Shown here: positions 51,801 to 64,000 of the stretch, one piece after another
How the letters are laid out: every line of letters starts with the position of its first letter
How positions within the stretch are numbered: position 1 is the first letter of the stretch
Made by a program: the position numbers and the translations under genes
Notes under the pieces: generated by a model
Told to the model about the DNA's origin: nothing
What the model saw: only the letters and a program-made list of their open reading frames with translations
Databases searched by the model: none
NCBI GenBank assembly: GCA_030141605.1
Contig: JAQGDQ010000047.1
Coordinates: 558,001-622,000 of the forward strand
DNA: 64,000 nt
Source: Tubiluchus corallicola
Lineage: Eukaryota > Animalia > Priapulida
Reading direction: 5' to 3'

Positions 51801-54800
51801 CACTAATAAAAAACTATCCTCATTTTGCTCTAAACACTAAATTGGAAAATGTGTGAATATATATACAGGCTAAAGAAAAGCATCACAAGCCAAAGAAATT
51901 AAATGCAATTTGTTTTCTTGAGGCAACTTGCCGTGACAATGTTACAGATGCTTCATTAATATGGGTAGAATGTCTTTACAAAAAAATTCCATTTCAACAG
52001 CAAAACTTGCCAAGATGGTGTAGAATCATCCTCAATACATCTCACCACTGAGCCAGAAAACAATGTTAATTATCAGGGAGCGTCGAGCGAAATAGCAATC
52101 TAGTGAATCGACTGCAGATTGTGCAAGTTAATCAGGCTGTAATTACTGTTACATGTGATAAATTGTAGCCTGCTCTGAAAGGATCTCATTATTATTGCTT
52201 CCTGAGCATTGTTATCCACCTTCATTAATGTTAATGTAGATTTCACATTTTGTCGACACGCGAGTTATCTAATGTGGAGGCTGAGCCTACTGACTCATAT
52301 ATATTAGTACTACACGCATTGAAATATTAAAACATATACTTAACTATTGTAGCACTTCACTAACAACTGCTTATTACATAAAGCTATTCACAAATTTGAA
52401 AACAGTCAAAATGTTTTTGTGAAGTTCAATGTCAAAGTGAAGTAATTTTCAAATTAGTCCCACATCAGAAATTTTTTACTAGAACATCAAAAAACTTTCA
52501 TTTTGAACTAAATGTTTCGTGTGAAATGAATTTTAACAAAATTTTAAGAGCATATGGTTCAAAGTCACGCTTAAGTATTTCAATATTATGCATAACATGT
52601 GAGCATCTGAATAAAATCCTGGCTTGTTCAATCTACATTTAATCAGGGAGCTATACTACATTTTTTCTAGTTGTAAAAAGTTCGACGTGGAATTTTCAAG
52701 GTGAGCCTCATTTAAGTTGAATTAACTGAAAGATGAAAACCTGGTCAGAAATACAGAAAGCTCGTTTGAGAAACTTTGCCTTGCTGCAAGTACACGTAGA
52801 ACACATTCAATGAGACTGTGAAGAAGAGTCTGCAATTATATGTCATTTGCTATAGAATTGTATTCTAACTAGAAGAACACGTACATTCTTGCAAGCTTAT
52901 CAGGGAAGTAAAGGTTATTGTGCATGAATTAATTAGTTTGCGACATCAGGACAAATTTTAATATTAATGAAACACAAATCAAGTAATCAATAAACATCCT
53001 TCATGACTTAAAATCATAATATAGCTTCGTGCACTAAGCTCATCAAAACCAAGTAAATTAAAAGTGATAAATTTCAGTTCATATCATTTGCAACACAGCC
53101 AGCCGTGAATTATGTGTTTGAAATATCAGAAGGGAAAATGTCAGATTATCCTGTGTGCAGTTAAGCATTGTCAGTAAAACTTGCTGGCTTTTCAAAATGC
53201 AGATGTGGTAATTTCCCGTATTTGCCATGATTATACTTGCAAATACGAAATGTAGGTATTGGAGGAAAAAGCAAATACCCACCAGGACAATATGGCCAGT
53301 TGATATGTCCATGTTGGTTGTTGCTGGCTCTTCACTCCTAAAGATAAAAAAATAGATCTATTTATAACAATAAGAGCTTAACATTTGAAACAAGTGTTTT
53401 GAACTTAATAAAGTAAGTACTTTAACGCAAACACAATTGAAAATAATTAGGAGAGATGTATAATTATTATATACGAGGACTATAAAAATTCCCTTCAAAA
53501 TATGGAATATGAGTTGCTATGTTCTGAATTGCAATGGATAGCATTAACCAAGCCAAGATGGTCAATACTGAAGATAAATAATTAAGCCTAGGTATACAAT
53601 ACGCAGCCATGCTACTAATATAAACATACCATTACACTTAAAAATTAATGATTGCCTTAAGTTATTTGTTTTGTGTGTTTTAACCGTTAAACATAAATTA
53701 ATCTTCAGCAATTTAACATCATGTTTTTTCAGAAGTGCAGACTGAAGAATAAGTACCAATTAACAATCAAGAGTGACAAAATTGCAATTTGAAATTCAAC
53801 AATGGGTGCTACAGAATCAACTGCTTATTAACATTACCTCTGATATGTTACTGAATTTTGTGGTAAGAGAGACTGGTTCTCATATAGGTAATAATTGGAA
53901 AGAGGTTAATGGTTATAATATGTGCTTAGCAACTAAATAACTAAAATTAAGCACCCAGAACTTGTTCGGTAAATGGATGAGTGATCACATGAAAACTGTT
54001 TTTGGTCAGTTTCACCTGCCATACTGCTTTTGGACATTTATCTTGTTGGGGAAGGAAGTATAATAGGCACACCTGTATCTGTATGTGGCAAATTCAGTGT
54101 CTTAACTTAGAGGATTATCACTGTAATGAGAAAAGTTACCTGTCCTAGCACAACCGTCGTAAAGGACTACAAGAGATTTAGCACACAAGTTAGCAGAACC
54201 CGCACAAAACATGTTTATTATTGAATAGATGCATATCTCGATTAGAGTAAAATATTGACAGAAGTGAGCCAAATGGCAATCACTCAATCATTTAATTTTA
54301 GTTATGACAGATGCTGCCTCACTTTTCAACAGAAACTTTATGTTAAAGCTCAAAGACCAAAAGAAAGATATCATTATCAGGCATAAGAAGAGAGGCTCTT
54401 TGCTGATCAACAACCAAGTCAAAACAGGTTCTGTTTTAATTTTCCTTCGCACAGCACTATGTTTTGAAAAGACTCCTTAAGAGTCATGTAACAATATTGT
54501 CTAAGACTGTAATACAATTTGCTAGCTGGGATCAGAATGAAAAGTCATCAGTGCTGAAATTATCCCATAACAAAAGTTTCGAATGGCAATTCATTAAATG
54601 GAAACACTTACCAGGCAGACCTACCACATTCCCCAGGATATACGCGGTAAGTCTGCACAGGTGAAACAGGTGATATAACCCCATTATGGTCAAAGAGTGT
54701 CCTCAACCCATCTAGTTCAGTTGGCACTTTGGTCTTGTGAGAAGAACTGGAAGTCATGATGGCAGTCAAGAAAATGCACTAGCAAATGCTATCATCAAAT

Positions 54801-57800
54801 ACTGCCTCTTTCAATATTGAAGAGTTCATAATTTAATTCCACACTGTAACGTCATTCAACAGAAAGCAGAATTTTTGAAACAGGGTTAGAAAGGGTGGTT
54901 TTATACAGAATGCATACTAACATCAAAGCTTTGCTTTATTGTACCGATAATGGAGACTGGATGTTGGCAAAGCTGTCACGAATGATGTAAATACAAAAAA
55001 TTAACACAGAATCCCGTAACAAAATACCAAATTTATAAGCTACTATAGAGGTCTTTTAACGTTTGGAAACAAAGCATGGTAGAAGTAAAATTTGCAAAGA
55101 GAAACGTTTCCAGATAAAACTGAAGAATATGTGTAAACTTCCGTAGAATCAATAGTTAATCTTCAGACGAGGGCTGAAAACATACCATAAACTTCAGAAA
55201 ACCAAACAGATACTAAATGCTCTCAAATTTGAAGGCATTGAAATTACCGCGCAAGCTTTTGAATGAAGACTACCACGTTCTGAAAACCTGCATTTGTCAG
55301 GTGGTCTGAAAACTGTGAGCGTAAGAACCTTGACAGATAATTTTCAGGTCAATCAACTGCTTCGTTTAACGATCATAAATGGATAATAACCATTTGACAT
55401 GTCTGACTAACAGTTTATGTCAGCACTTAATCGGTAATCTGATTCGGTGGGGCTTCACTTCAATGATCACGTAGAATTCTCACAGATCTTGTTAAACTCA
55501 ACACCTGCAGTCAAGAAATCACTTGTTCCCACATTCGTGTTTTTAAGCTTTCAATTCATTAACAATCCCATTTAAACAGAAATAATAATGTACTCAAACG
55601 CACAACCAGGCAGCCAAGTCCAAGTCCATAAAATACAGCTACTCCCACGGGTTTCAGCCCAGAATCCTTACGAGATAAATTATATATTACGCTACATCAT
55701 TATCAGTTCTGAGCAAGATGAAGTCTCACGTGAAAATGAGTTGAGGCAGAGAAAGAGGCAATGAGGATGGTGATAAAGACCTTCCCGCACGTCATTTCAT
55801 AATTATGCAGAACTCATTATTACAGTCTGGCCACTAATTCATTAGCATAACACTGCACCAGCTTCTAACATTACACAACCTAGATTAACACGTAGAAGGA
55901 GCGCCATATGGTCACGCCTAACAGCAACTCCACAACATTCTTCGACCGCAAATAGTCACTCGTACTGAAATTAGGTTGGTTCGTTCAGCGCAGATAAGGT
56001 TATTATAGCAGTTATGGCTTCTCAGGACCATAGCAAGCCAGTGAAGCCATTTATATAGGTAACGCTAGTGCAGCGATGCACTGCATAAGGTAGTTCATTC
56101 ATCGATGCAGCGCGAAAACTGCCATGCTGTTTCTAATGGCGATGTATCGATTATTTCTCCAGAAATTTAACACGGGAAGGACAACTCGGGATTCGGAACC
56201 AGTTGCGCCCCTTTCGCTTTAGTACAACCAGAAATCTACATATAACATGTTCAGAAATCTACATATAACTGAAACAAGTACGTTCTGTTGACCAGAAATC
56301 ATTATCTTCGATCTGAGTGTGTCTGCTTTCAGTGTTCGTCACTGTAATCCCAGTGTAGTTTCCAGTATAGTCAGTTATGTCCACGAGATTTAAACAAGTT
56401 AAGAATACCTGCCTGATTCTGATTACATATAATGGATGGGAGTCAGTCCTGCACAGTTTCACTCCCCTAAGCAGGTTTTGACTTGTTATGTATTGCATGT
56501 CTGATAAGGGGTGACAATTCAACTAAGTAAAGCACTGATGTAGAACAGTAGAACAAACCTGCTCAGTGTGACTGCAATCAGATCAACATGTGACTACAGC
56601 GCACGCCCATGAGGCATAAAAAGCTGTGCAAAAATACATTCAGGCAGGATGGATAACAAACAATACTACTTTTATAAGGCAAAGTAAGATGTGTACAGTA
56701 CATATGAAGCAAAAGGTGAAGCAAGTGCCAAAGCAGACAACGAGATAAATTTAAGAGTGCTGCAATCCTGTAACCAATGAGTGCCATGTATAAGAAGGGT
56801 TGCCACCACTCATGATTTGGTCAGGAGTCTCCTGGAATTCAGCCATATATCCGTCTTCGGCCAGATTTTTGAAAAATTCTCTAATCTCCTGATTTCGACC
56901 AATGCATTGAAATTTAAATAGAAAAAGGGAAATACATCTTGCATGCCACTGAAACATTAAGAGCTAAGCTAAAAACAGCGGAATCTGTCTTTAAGTAAAA
57001 TAGTAAACTTATTAAATTAAGTTTAAAAGGTTACACGGCCTCATCATTTAATGCCGTCTACATTTTCGCCCCAATGCAAACATTCTTCCGGTTTAGCTTT
57101 AATTCAAACAATGTAAACTGTCTCCAGAAATCTCAAAAACGAAAGAAATGTATTGGGACTGGGAAGGAGCTTCAAAAATTGATGTACATTTCTTACACTT
57201 GTAAGTTTTAGACTTTTAATGCTTTTTTACATTCTAAAATCAAAAAATTGTACTACTTTGTGGTTCAATTTTCGTGATTTTTCTCTAAAAAAGGCCTCAT
57301 AAGACGTCTTTCAGGCCCCGATCCCCTAGCTGGCTCTTGACTCCTAGTTTCGGTTCGTGACGAGATGGCAACCCTATGAAGAGTGTGTCACACGGGGAAG
57401 GCAAGGTGCATAGTATGCGCAAATCAAGTGGGTGTGACGGGCTGCCGAAGTATAGCAAGCAGAGCACAGCGATAAAGAACTTTGCTGTAACAGAATCTAG
57501 TAAACGGCTCCTGCTGTCAAAGCAGTAGTGTGTGAAGAAAACAGATGCTCCTTAAAATTGTATTAGAATCCAATGCTTGGGCCCTTAAGCAAATAAACCA
57601 TAAGACCAGAAACAAGTTACGATAACAGAAATACCGCTAACTAAAAGCTAATTTGCTTAAGGACACCTCTCCTTAGTGAAACACCATAAAAGAATGAAAA
57701 TCTTTTTGTGGATTTTCTCAATTATATTTGTTTGTATTTGGTAATTCATTATAATTTATTAGATGCAATTGAAATTTAATACGAATTTGACAGTCTAAAA

Positions 57801-60800
57801 GGATATGACTGGACTGTATGTGTTCTCTAGATTAACTAAATTCTAGAATAAAAATTCCTAACAGTGTTTTAATGGCTTACTTAAAATGCTGGTCCATCGA
57901 AATTAATAAGTTTTAATTAGACCTAATTTTAGAGATTTGGTATGTGCAATGTCGCATTTGTATTATGATTCACCTAACAAACAAAACAGACTTTAACTTT
58001 AACTAAAAGCTTAAATAGAAATTAAAAATATTAATTCTGAACTCTGTGTAGCTTTGACAGATATTATAATAAAAATGGATCAAAAAAATATTTTTTCACA
58101 GCTCATTCTCTGTAGGTCCTAGAGAGAATACATAATTTTTGTTAGTCGTTTTGAATTTTGTGACACACAATATGTAGTAGTTGAGCCCTGAGTATTGAAA
58201 CTCAGTAATTCTTAATATAAGTACATTTGAGCAACCCAGCTACTTAAATATGTATAAGTAATTAAATTTTTAAGTCAGTTAAAAGGTTTTAGTTAAAACC
58301 CTTAAACTCAGTTTCAGTTTAAAAGGCAACTCAGGCATCGAAATCAGGGAAGCTTTTCTGAATAATCATTAGATGGCAGCACCAGTTAGCAAACTGAATT
58401 TTCTTCTATTGACGAACGCGATTTGCGTCATCCACCCACGCAACGGCATATAAATCAGTTATATTGATTGAATTTTATTATCCGATTCAAAGGATTCTTC
58501 AAGGCAAACAGAGTATTTATGCAACCGACTGTAAGATTAGGGCGTCTTGACACGTAAATATATAGCTAACAACGTACTTATATAAATGAGAACCACATCG
58601 ACAAGAAAAAAGCAACATAAAGCATAAGTAGAGTAGAGCATAAATGCCAAGAGATTATAGAGAAACTGATGTTTCTACACAAATAAGAATTAATAGATAG
58701 TGTTGCACTAAGTTATGGAGCAATAATTACAAGAAAACTTGCAAAATTATCTTCAGATTAGAGCTTTTTTCACTAATGTTTACACACTCAAGCTGCGTGA
58801 CAGACAAGTGAAATTAATGGTTGCTGTTTGTGTTTGTTGGAAACACCACACGAAGATGACCACCTACCCAGGCTTAGAAATTACTAGCAAAATAGGTATA
58901 GAAAAGATTGTTAGTATTGTAAGTTTAACAGACAGCATCTAAATACTAAACACCATTTTAGTAGTAGGCGAGTAGTACCAAAATTGTTAAAAGACACAAT
59001 GTAATAATATTACAGCTAGGTCATTTGCCTGTGCTAAGTGATCAATAATATTTTTACTAAAAAAACTTTTAGCATTGGTTTTTAGAACTGCAGCTGTATT
59101 TGCAACTTCTGACAAAAAACATGGATCATTTTTCTAATCCCTGCCCAAAACATCATCTATGAGGGCTGTTTTGACTTGTTACAGACAATTTTCCATGGAG
59201 CAGGCAATCAGGCAAATGAAACAGCAAAACAAAAATTTAAATGCTTTACACTGTAAATGTACACTGATTTCTTCTTAACGATAGTGATGTTTGCTTTTAG
59301 ATCGCCAAGTAAAAATTATCTGGTAAATAAAACGTAAAACATGGATTTCCAATTTTATAAACCATTATTTTTACAATATACAGCTATGTTACAATTTTTT
59401 GCTTTGCAAGCAGACAATTATAGCAAGGCATGACATCAAAAGAAAACCGGACGATTGTGTAAACATTACTTCAGAATAAAGTATGTTCTAAAATATTGAA
59501 AACTACAATAGCTTTTTTTATATCAAAGCTTACAATAAACAATAACTACATCGGATACTCAAATTTTTTTAAACTTTCACGGTTCAGTGGATCTACTAAG
59601 ATTGGCAACAGCGTTTTTTTGTCACGTGTGCGTGGCCGACAAATAGAAGGCGGCACCGTGATAACCATGATCATGAACTGTCGTTAGTTTCTGACGTCAT
59701 ATGATGTAGAGCCTTCAAACAGTAGAGACATCACACTTTCAAACAGTAACACTTAGCAAACGTGCTTGACGCGCAAGGGAAGCTGCCTGTTATTGCACAA
59801 ACTGTGGTTAGTTTCTGACGTAAGCAATAGCTGTGTTCGGCTGCTAACTTTTTAAGCTAATTATTAAAATATAAGAAACAATTACTAATTTTTATAGGCA
59901 AGAAAATGTATATTTTGTACAGTGAATTAAAATGAGATTGAGTCTAAACAATCATCAGTTTTTGTTAAATTAAGAGGTCAAATCTCCAGTGGAAACCTAT
60001 TTCAACTCTTGAATTCAGTAATTAGAAAAATGTAAAAACTAGTACTTGAACTGGCAAACTTTGTTCACTAAAATAAGCCCTGCAACTGGTACTTTAATAT
60101 AAGAAGCTGAATAAATGTACACGGTGCACTAATGATCATATCTAATGTTTCTGCGTTCCTAATCTTGACTGTTATGTCTAATAACTTACAGCTACAATTT
60201 CACATTTATGATGCAATTCTTACCAGCTACTTGTGCTAGATCGGCTGGAGGGGCTCCTGACTGATGCCTCACTTTGGGTCAGGCTGCTGACTCTCCCTGC
60301 TGTTGTGTGGATTGGTTCTGGCTTGCCATTTTTGCTGGCCATCCTCTGCCGACACAGGTCCTATAATAATAGAAACGCCTTTAAAAGCTGATTCCTTTAA
60401 CCCTGTTTTACGTTAAACTGTAGTCTTCAGAAAATAAATGTGTCGAATTTTTGTAGGTGAGCACTGCTGATAATTATGATTAACAACAGCAACACTACAC
60501 AGGGATGGTACCAAGCAATTCTTCAAAAGCAATACAAACCCGAAAAATTGTACCAAAAATAAGAAAACAGCAAGATGTCATTTTCTACAGACACACTTTA
60601 TAATTCTGAAACACTTAAAAACTTAAAGGAGGTAAAAATCACTGCAACCAGTCTAAAATTATTAGGTGACAACTCAGTAACAGATCATGTATGCTAGAAT
60701 ATAGTGGTGCAGTGCACTTGCATATAGAAAACTTGGTCAGGAAATGAGCATCTCGGCTTTCCTTCTGGAATTCAAAACTTCCCTAATCGTTCATTTCCGG

Positions 60801-62008
60801 CAAGTCAGTTATCTGCCAGTGATATACTTACAGGAAAACGTGAAATCTAGCGAGGATTAACCACATATTTGCTACTAGCTACTGAATATGCTATGGTCAA
60901 TTGTAACAAATTGTACCTGAAATTGGTTTTTTAATTTTAAACCAAGCATACGAGTTTTAGAAGTCAAGAGCAAAAGCAAAGTGTAAATGTTGTTACCGCA
61001 GCAACTAAAAAACATAAGAGTTGTTGAACACAATAATGTATACTAACATCAGTTATTTTAGTTTGACTCACCAATGACACCTACCTTAAACCATTTACAA
61101 ATATCACCTATAACACACATCATTACATTTTGTGCACCAGTGTACTTGTGATTTTATTTTTTTGTTTCTCACTGGGAGTGCATTGAAAAATATTACCAGC
61201 TATACAGCATGAACACATGTGACAAGAAAGCTATGCAGCACAAATGTCTTAAATGTGAAACACAAGAATTCAACATCTATAGCATAAATGTGAGGAATCA
61301 GGTAAGCTTATTCATACGTGTTATGCATGTCTGTACAACATCTGTTTACTAAGAAGGTGCAAATCAATAATTTAACATCTAGTTGACAGATTGTCTTTAG
61401 TAGGTGGTTTTTCAAACCTATGTCAAATGACATAATAAATTGTGATTTCGTAAAGGCATCATAGATTACCTATGCCTCTTGCAAGTTGATAAAATGTGTC
61501 TTACTGTTTAAAATATGAAACTAAGCCAGCTCTCTAGTACAGCTCTCTGTCAGTGCTTGTGCCTTTTCTACTTTTAATATCTTTCAATTAAAGAAAAATA
61601 CCCAAATATGCCGCTTTTTAAATTTCTTTTTCTAGCTTTTTTAAATCAAATTGTGCTTTTCCGTGGTCTAAGCGAGAGTGATTTCAGTCTTCCAGAGAGC
61701 AAACCCCATAAAAACCTATCACCCTTTCATATAGCAGGCCAGATTGCTAAATATTGCATGTCTGGTTTTTTACCTGATAGTCTTTTCTCTGATTGCTAAA
61801 TATTGCATGTCTGCTTTTTTACCTGATAGTCTTTTGTGACCTCTGATTCTGCATTGCTGGTTAGATTTTGCAGTTTGGCTTGCGATCGAGAATGTCGACG
61901 TATCAGGTAGATGACCACCACGGCTAACAAACACCCAGCTATGCAACCACACAACACAAATGTAAGTATAAAGAATCGGCTATCTGCATTCTTAACTTGG
62001 ATCTTTGT
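45806..62008 (-). CDS. PTPRN: Receptor-type tyrosine-protein phosphatase N/N2 (IA-2/ICA512/phogrin orthologue; dense-core-vesicle pseudophosphatase), 5'-partial
   Basis: Exons (-): 62008-61823 ([32 protein letters not shown]), 60360-60224 ([19 protein letters not shown]), 53337-53283 ([18 protein letters not shown]), 51151-51004 ([17 protein letters not shown]), 50077-50004 (DYINAN), 49267-49070 ([15 protein letters not shown]), 47831-47665 ([38 protein letters not shown]), 47331-47278 ([17 protein letters not shown]), 46937-46873 (DGSGRTGTY), 46182-46109 ([18 protein letters not shown]), 45877-45806 ([23 protein letters not shown]). These motifs are diagnostic of IA-2. The luminal-domain exons are upstream or not identified. 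Confidence 0.96.
48487..49003. mobile_element. Degenerate Tc1/mariner-type MITE
   Basis: TA|CAGGGTCATCCAGAAAAAACA ... TGTGTTTTTCAGGCCAGCCCTT imperfect TIRs. Confidence 0.4.
56796..57375. mobile_element. hAT-type MITE (AGGGTTGCCA termini)
   Basis: Perfect 10-bp TIRs AGGGTTGCCA / TGGCAACCCT with subterminal CTCCTG motifs; TSD not clean. Confidence 0.6.
59600..59830. promoter_or_regulatory. Candidate intronic enhancer/promoter with CRE and E-box motifs
   Basis: CpG-enriched patch: GTCACGTG (59621), TGACGTCA (59692), TGACGTAA (59816). Confidence 0.35.
61742..61835. repeat. 49-bp tandem duplication spanning the IA-2 TM-exon donor site
   Basis: GATTGCTAAATATTGCATGTCTGSTTTTTTACCTGATAGTCTTTT occurs at 61742 and 61791. 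Confidence 0.9.
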
Positions 62009-64000
62009 CTGAAAAAGAAATGATAGAAAACATTCAATTTGAATTTTGCACTTTTATAGATTTAATGTAGTATTACAATTTCTCATATTGTCATATATAT
62101 TAATTCATTATGGTGATATTGTATATGTGCTCATGTAAATAAGTAGCATGTAATTTCCTTTTAGGAGCTAATAAATCTATCTGTCTATCTATTTATGTCT
62201 ATCTAGAAAACTTGCAATGTTTTCTGACAAACACCTACAAAACTGCATAGGTTCATGTTATCACCAAGAAAATGCACCATGGTTACCGATATGAACAATT
62301 TATTGCTAGCGCACTTTCGTGATAACCATATGGTCTCAAAATTTCAGATGGATGAGCTGCTTCAATATTCTTTGAAAATGGGCAGCTCTCTTAAGCACTG
62401 TATCAAACTTCAAAAATACAATTTGGCGAAGTTTGTTAGTGTTATTAACTAGATTACTGTAATGACTGTTATGTAATACTGTAGCTGCACTGTACATATT
62501 ATTTTCTTATATTTTCTTACTTAATGTTCACTGTATTGTTGTACCTTGTCAAAAATGTCTAAGTTGCACACAGTTGTTGTAACGTCTTCTCCGGGTGAAA
62601 GAGATAGAAATAAAATTTTAAATTTGAATTTGAATTTTGAAATTTGTGTGTTCTCTATATGTGTTACGGCACCTTGAACTTCAAAAGTTGAGGGTGCCAC
62701 TGCTAAACTTTAGCAACTTCTGCCTTTATAAAATTCTATGCAGAAAATGTGCTACACAAAATATCGTTTTTGGAAAGAAATTTAATAGGGATGGGAACGG
62801 AGTGCAGATGAATTACTGCGTGGGTAGAGATCGAGCTCATTATCCTTACAAGGAAGCTATCAATGTGCTAATCTCAAACAGCACTGTTAGACTAGGGCTA
62901 ACAAAGTTACCTAATACTCTCTCTTCCAGTGCGTGCAATATTCGCCACAGTCTAGCTTGTGCTATTGCTAATTCCCGCTTTCTACTCTCCAGGAATTTAA
63001 TAAGACAGGTTCAAACCCAAATTCAATAAATATGGGCCGCTAATACCATTACGCTGTTGGAATGGAATTAATATCGGTAGCTGGTACGTATATATACTGG
63101 GTGGTATGACTTTAAAAGCACGCAACACTGATATAGACGCTGTCAAGCTTATTATTAGGCTTCCTTCATTTTAGAACAAACGCTTTTGGTGGCGGTTGAA
63201 TGGGGGGGGGCTGTAATCTGGTCGCACTGCCACCTCAAAATATTAAGAATTACAAAAGTCATTCGTAAAACTGTAGTTCTCGAAGTCCCATGAGAAAATC
63301 TAATTAATCCACTGATGTTTTGCCGAATGCTCAAAGCGCTGAAATTTGTCAACAATGTATAATATCAGTGCAATATATTGATGACTAAGTTATGAAAATG
63401 AATAAAACGACAAAATAAAAAAACATACAACTCCTTACCTAGAACAAATGCAAGTCTGCCTTTAGAATTACAGGCTGCTGTATCGCTAGAATTCACTTGC
63501 AATGCAATATTTTATTTCCGTTTTAAATAACTACAGAGGAGTCTATTTTAGTACACTTGAAAATGGGGCATTGTGCTTAAAAGCCTAAAATAAATTTATG
63601 ATGCCAGATCACTTCATTATTTCCCTTAAATTGCAAGTGGTGCGATAAAAAGAAAGACTAGGTTACATACAAACTTATGTAACAAGTCAAAATACTGTAA
63701 ATAAAATTAATGGAAGTAAGCAAAGAAAGTAAATAATAAAATTTATGCGATCTACCATTACAGGTATATAGTTAACGGTTACTGCAACGGCTAGCTGTTA
63801 AAACAGCTTATTGGACCCACCTCATCCATTGCATTGGTTTCACTTTCACTGCACAGATCAATACCATAAATGATGGGATACTAGTTCAGTCAACACAATC
63901 AGCCATACACGTCTAACTGACACATACACGTATTCAAATACGCCCACTGACACAGCCCAATATACGCAGGCATTTTTGAAGAGGCACCTTGAAGTATTTA

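Noticed and set aside
56751-56957. 68-aa ORF in the IA-2 intron
   Set aside because: Lies largely within the AGGGTTGCCA-terminated MITE; no homology recognised
62540-63500. Possible further IA-2 luminal-domain exons (donors near 62544 and 63438) and ORF 62637-63029
   Set aside because: No recognisable IA-2 sequence or consistent phase; cannot be supported

Overview
AT-rich, intron-rich animal (bilaterian invertebrate) genomic DNA carrying three spliced genes that I reconstructed exon by exon from GT..AG boundaries and reading-frame continuity. (1) DIP2 (disco-interacting protein 2) on +, 32 coding exons 233-23543, with its 5' end outside the window. (2) A receptor-type protein tyrosine phosphatase on - (12 coding exons, 38005-25683, ~640 aa). 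It resembles the R3/Ptp10D class but has lost three catalytic hallmarks (catalytic Cys->Gly, WPD->WKE, KNRY->KNRN), appears to have only a ~34-aa ectodomain with no signal peptide, and has three alternative 3' splice sites that could switch a 249-aa tail on or off. This is a candidate novel membrane pseudophosphatase and the most interesting object here. (3) An IA-2/PTPRN/phogrin orthologue on - (11 exons, 62008-45806, 5' end outside the window), with a candidate intronic alternative first exon that would encode a cytosolic IA-2. Introns hold several DNA-transposon derivatives: a ~1.9-kb foldback element, a hAT element with a 5-bp TSD, pogo-like MITEs in opposite orientations, other MITEs, tRNA-like SINE heads and microsatellites. 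Most ORFs in the supplied track are spurious or are exon read-throughs. All splice and isoform models are predictions from sequence only.
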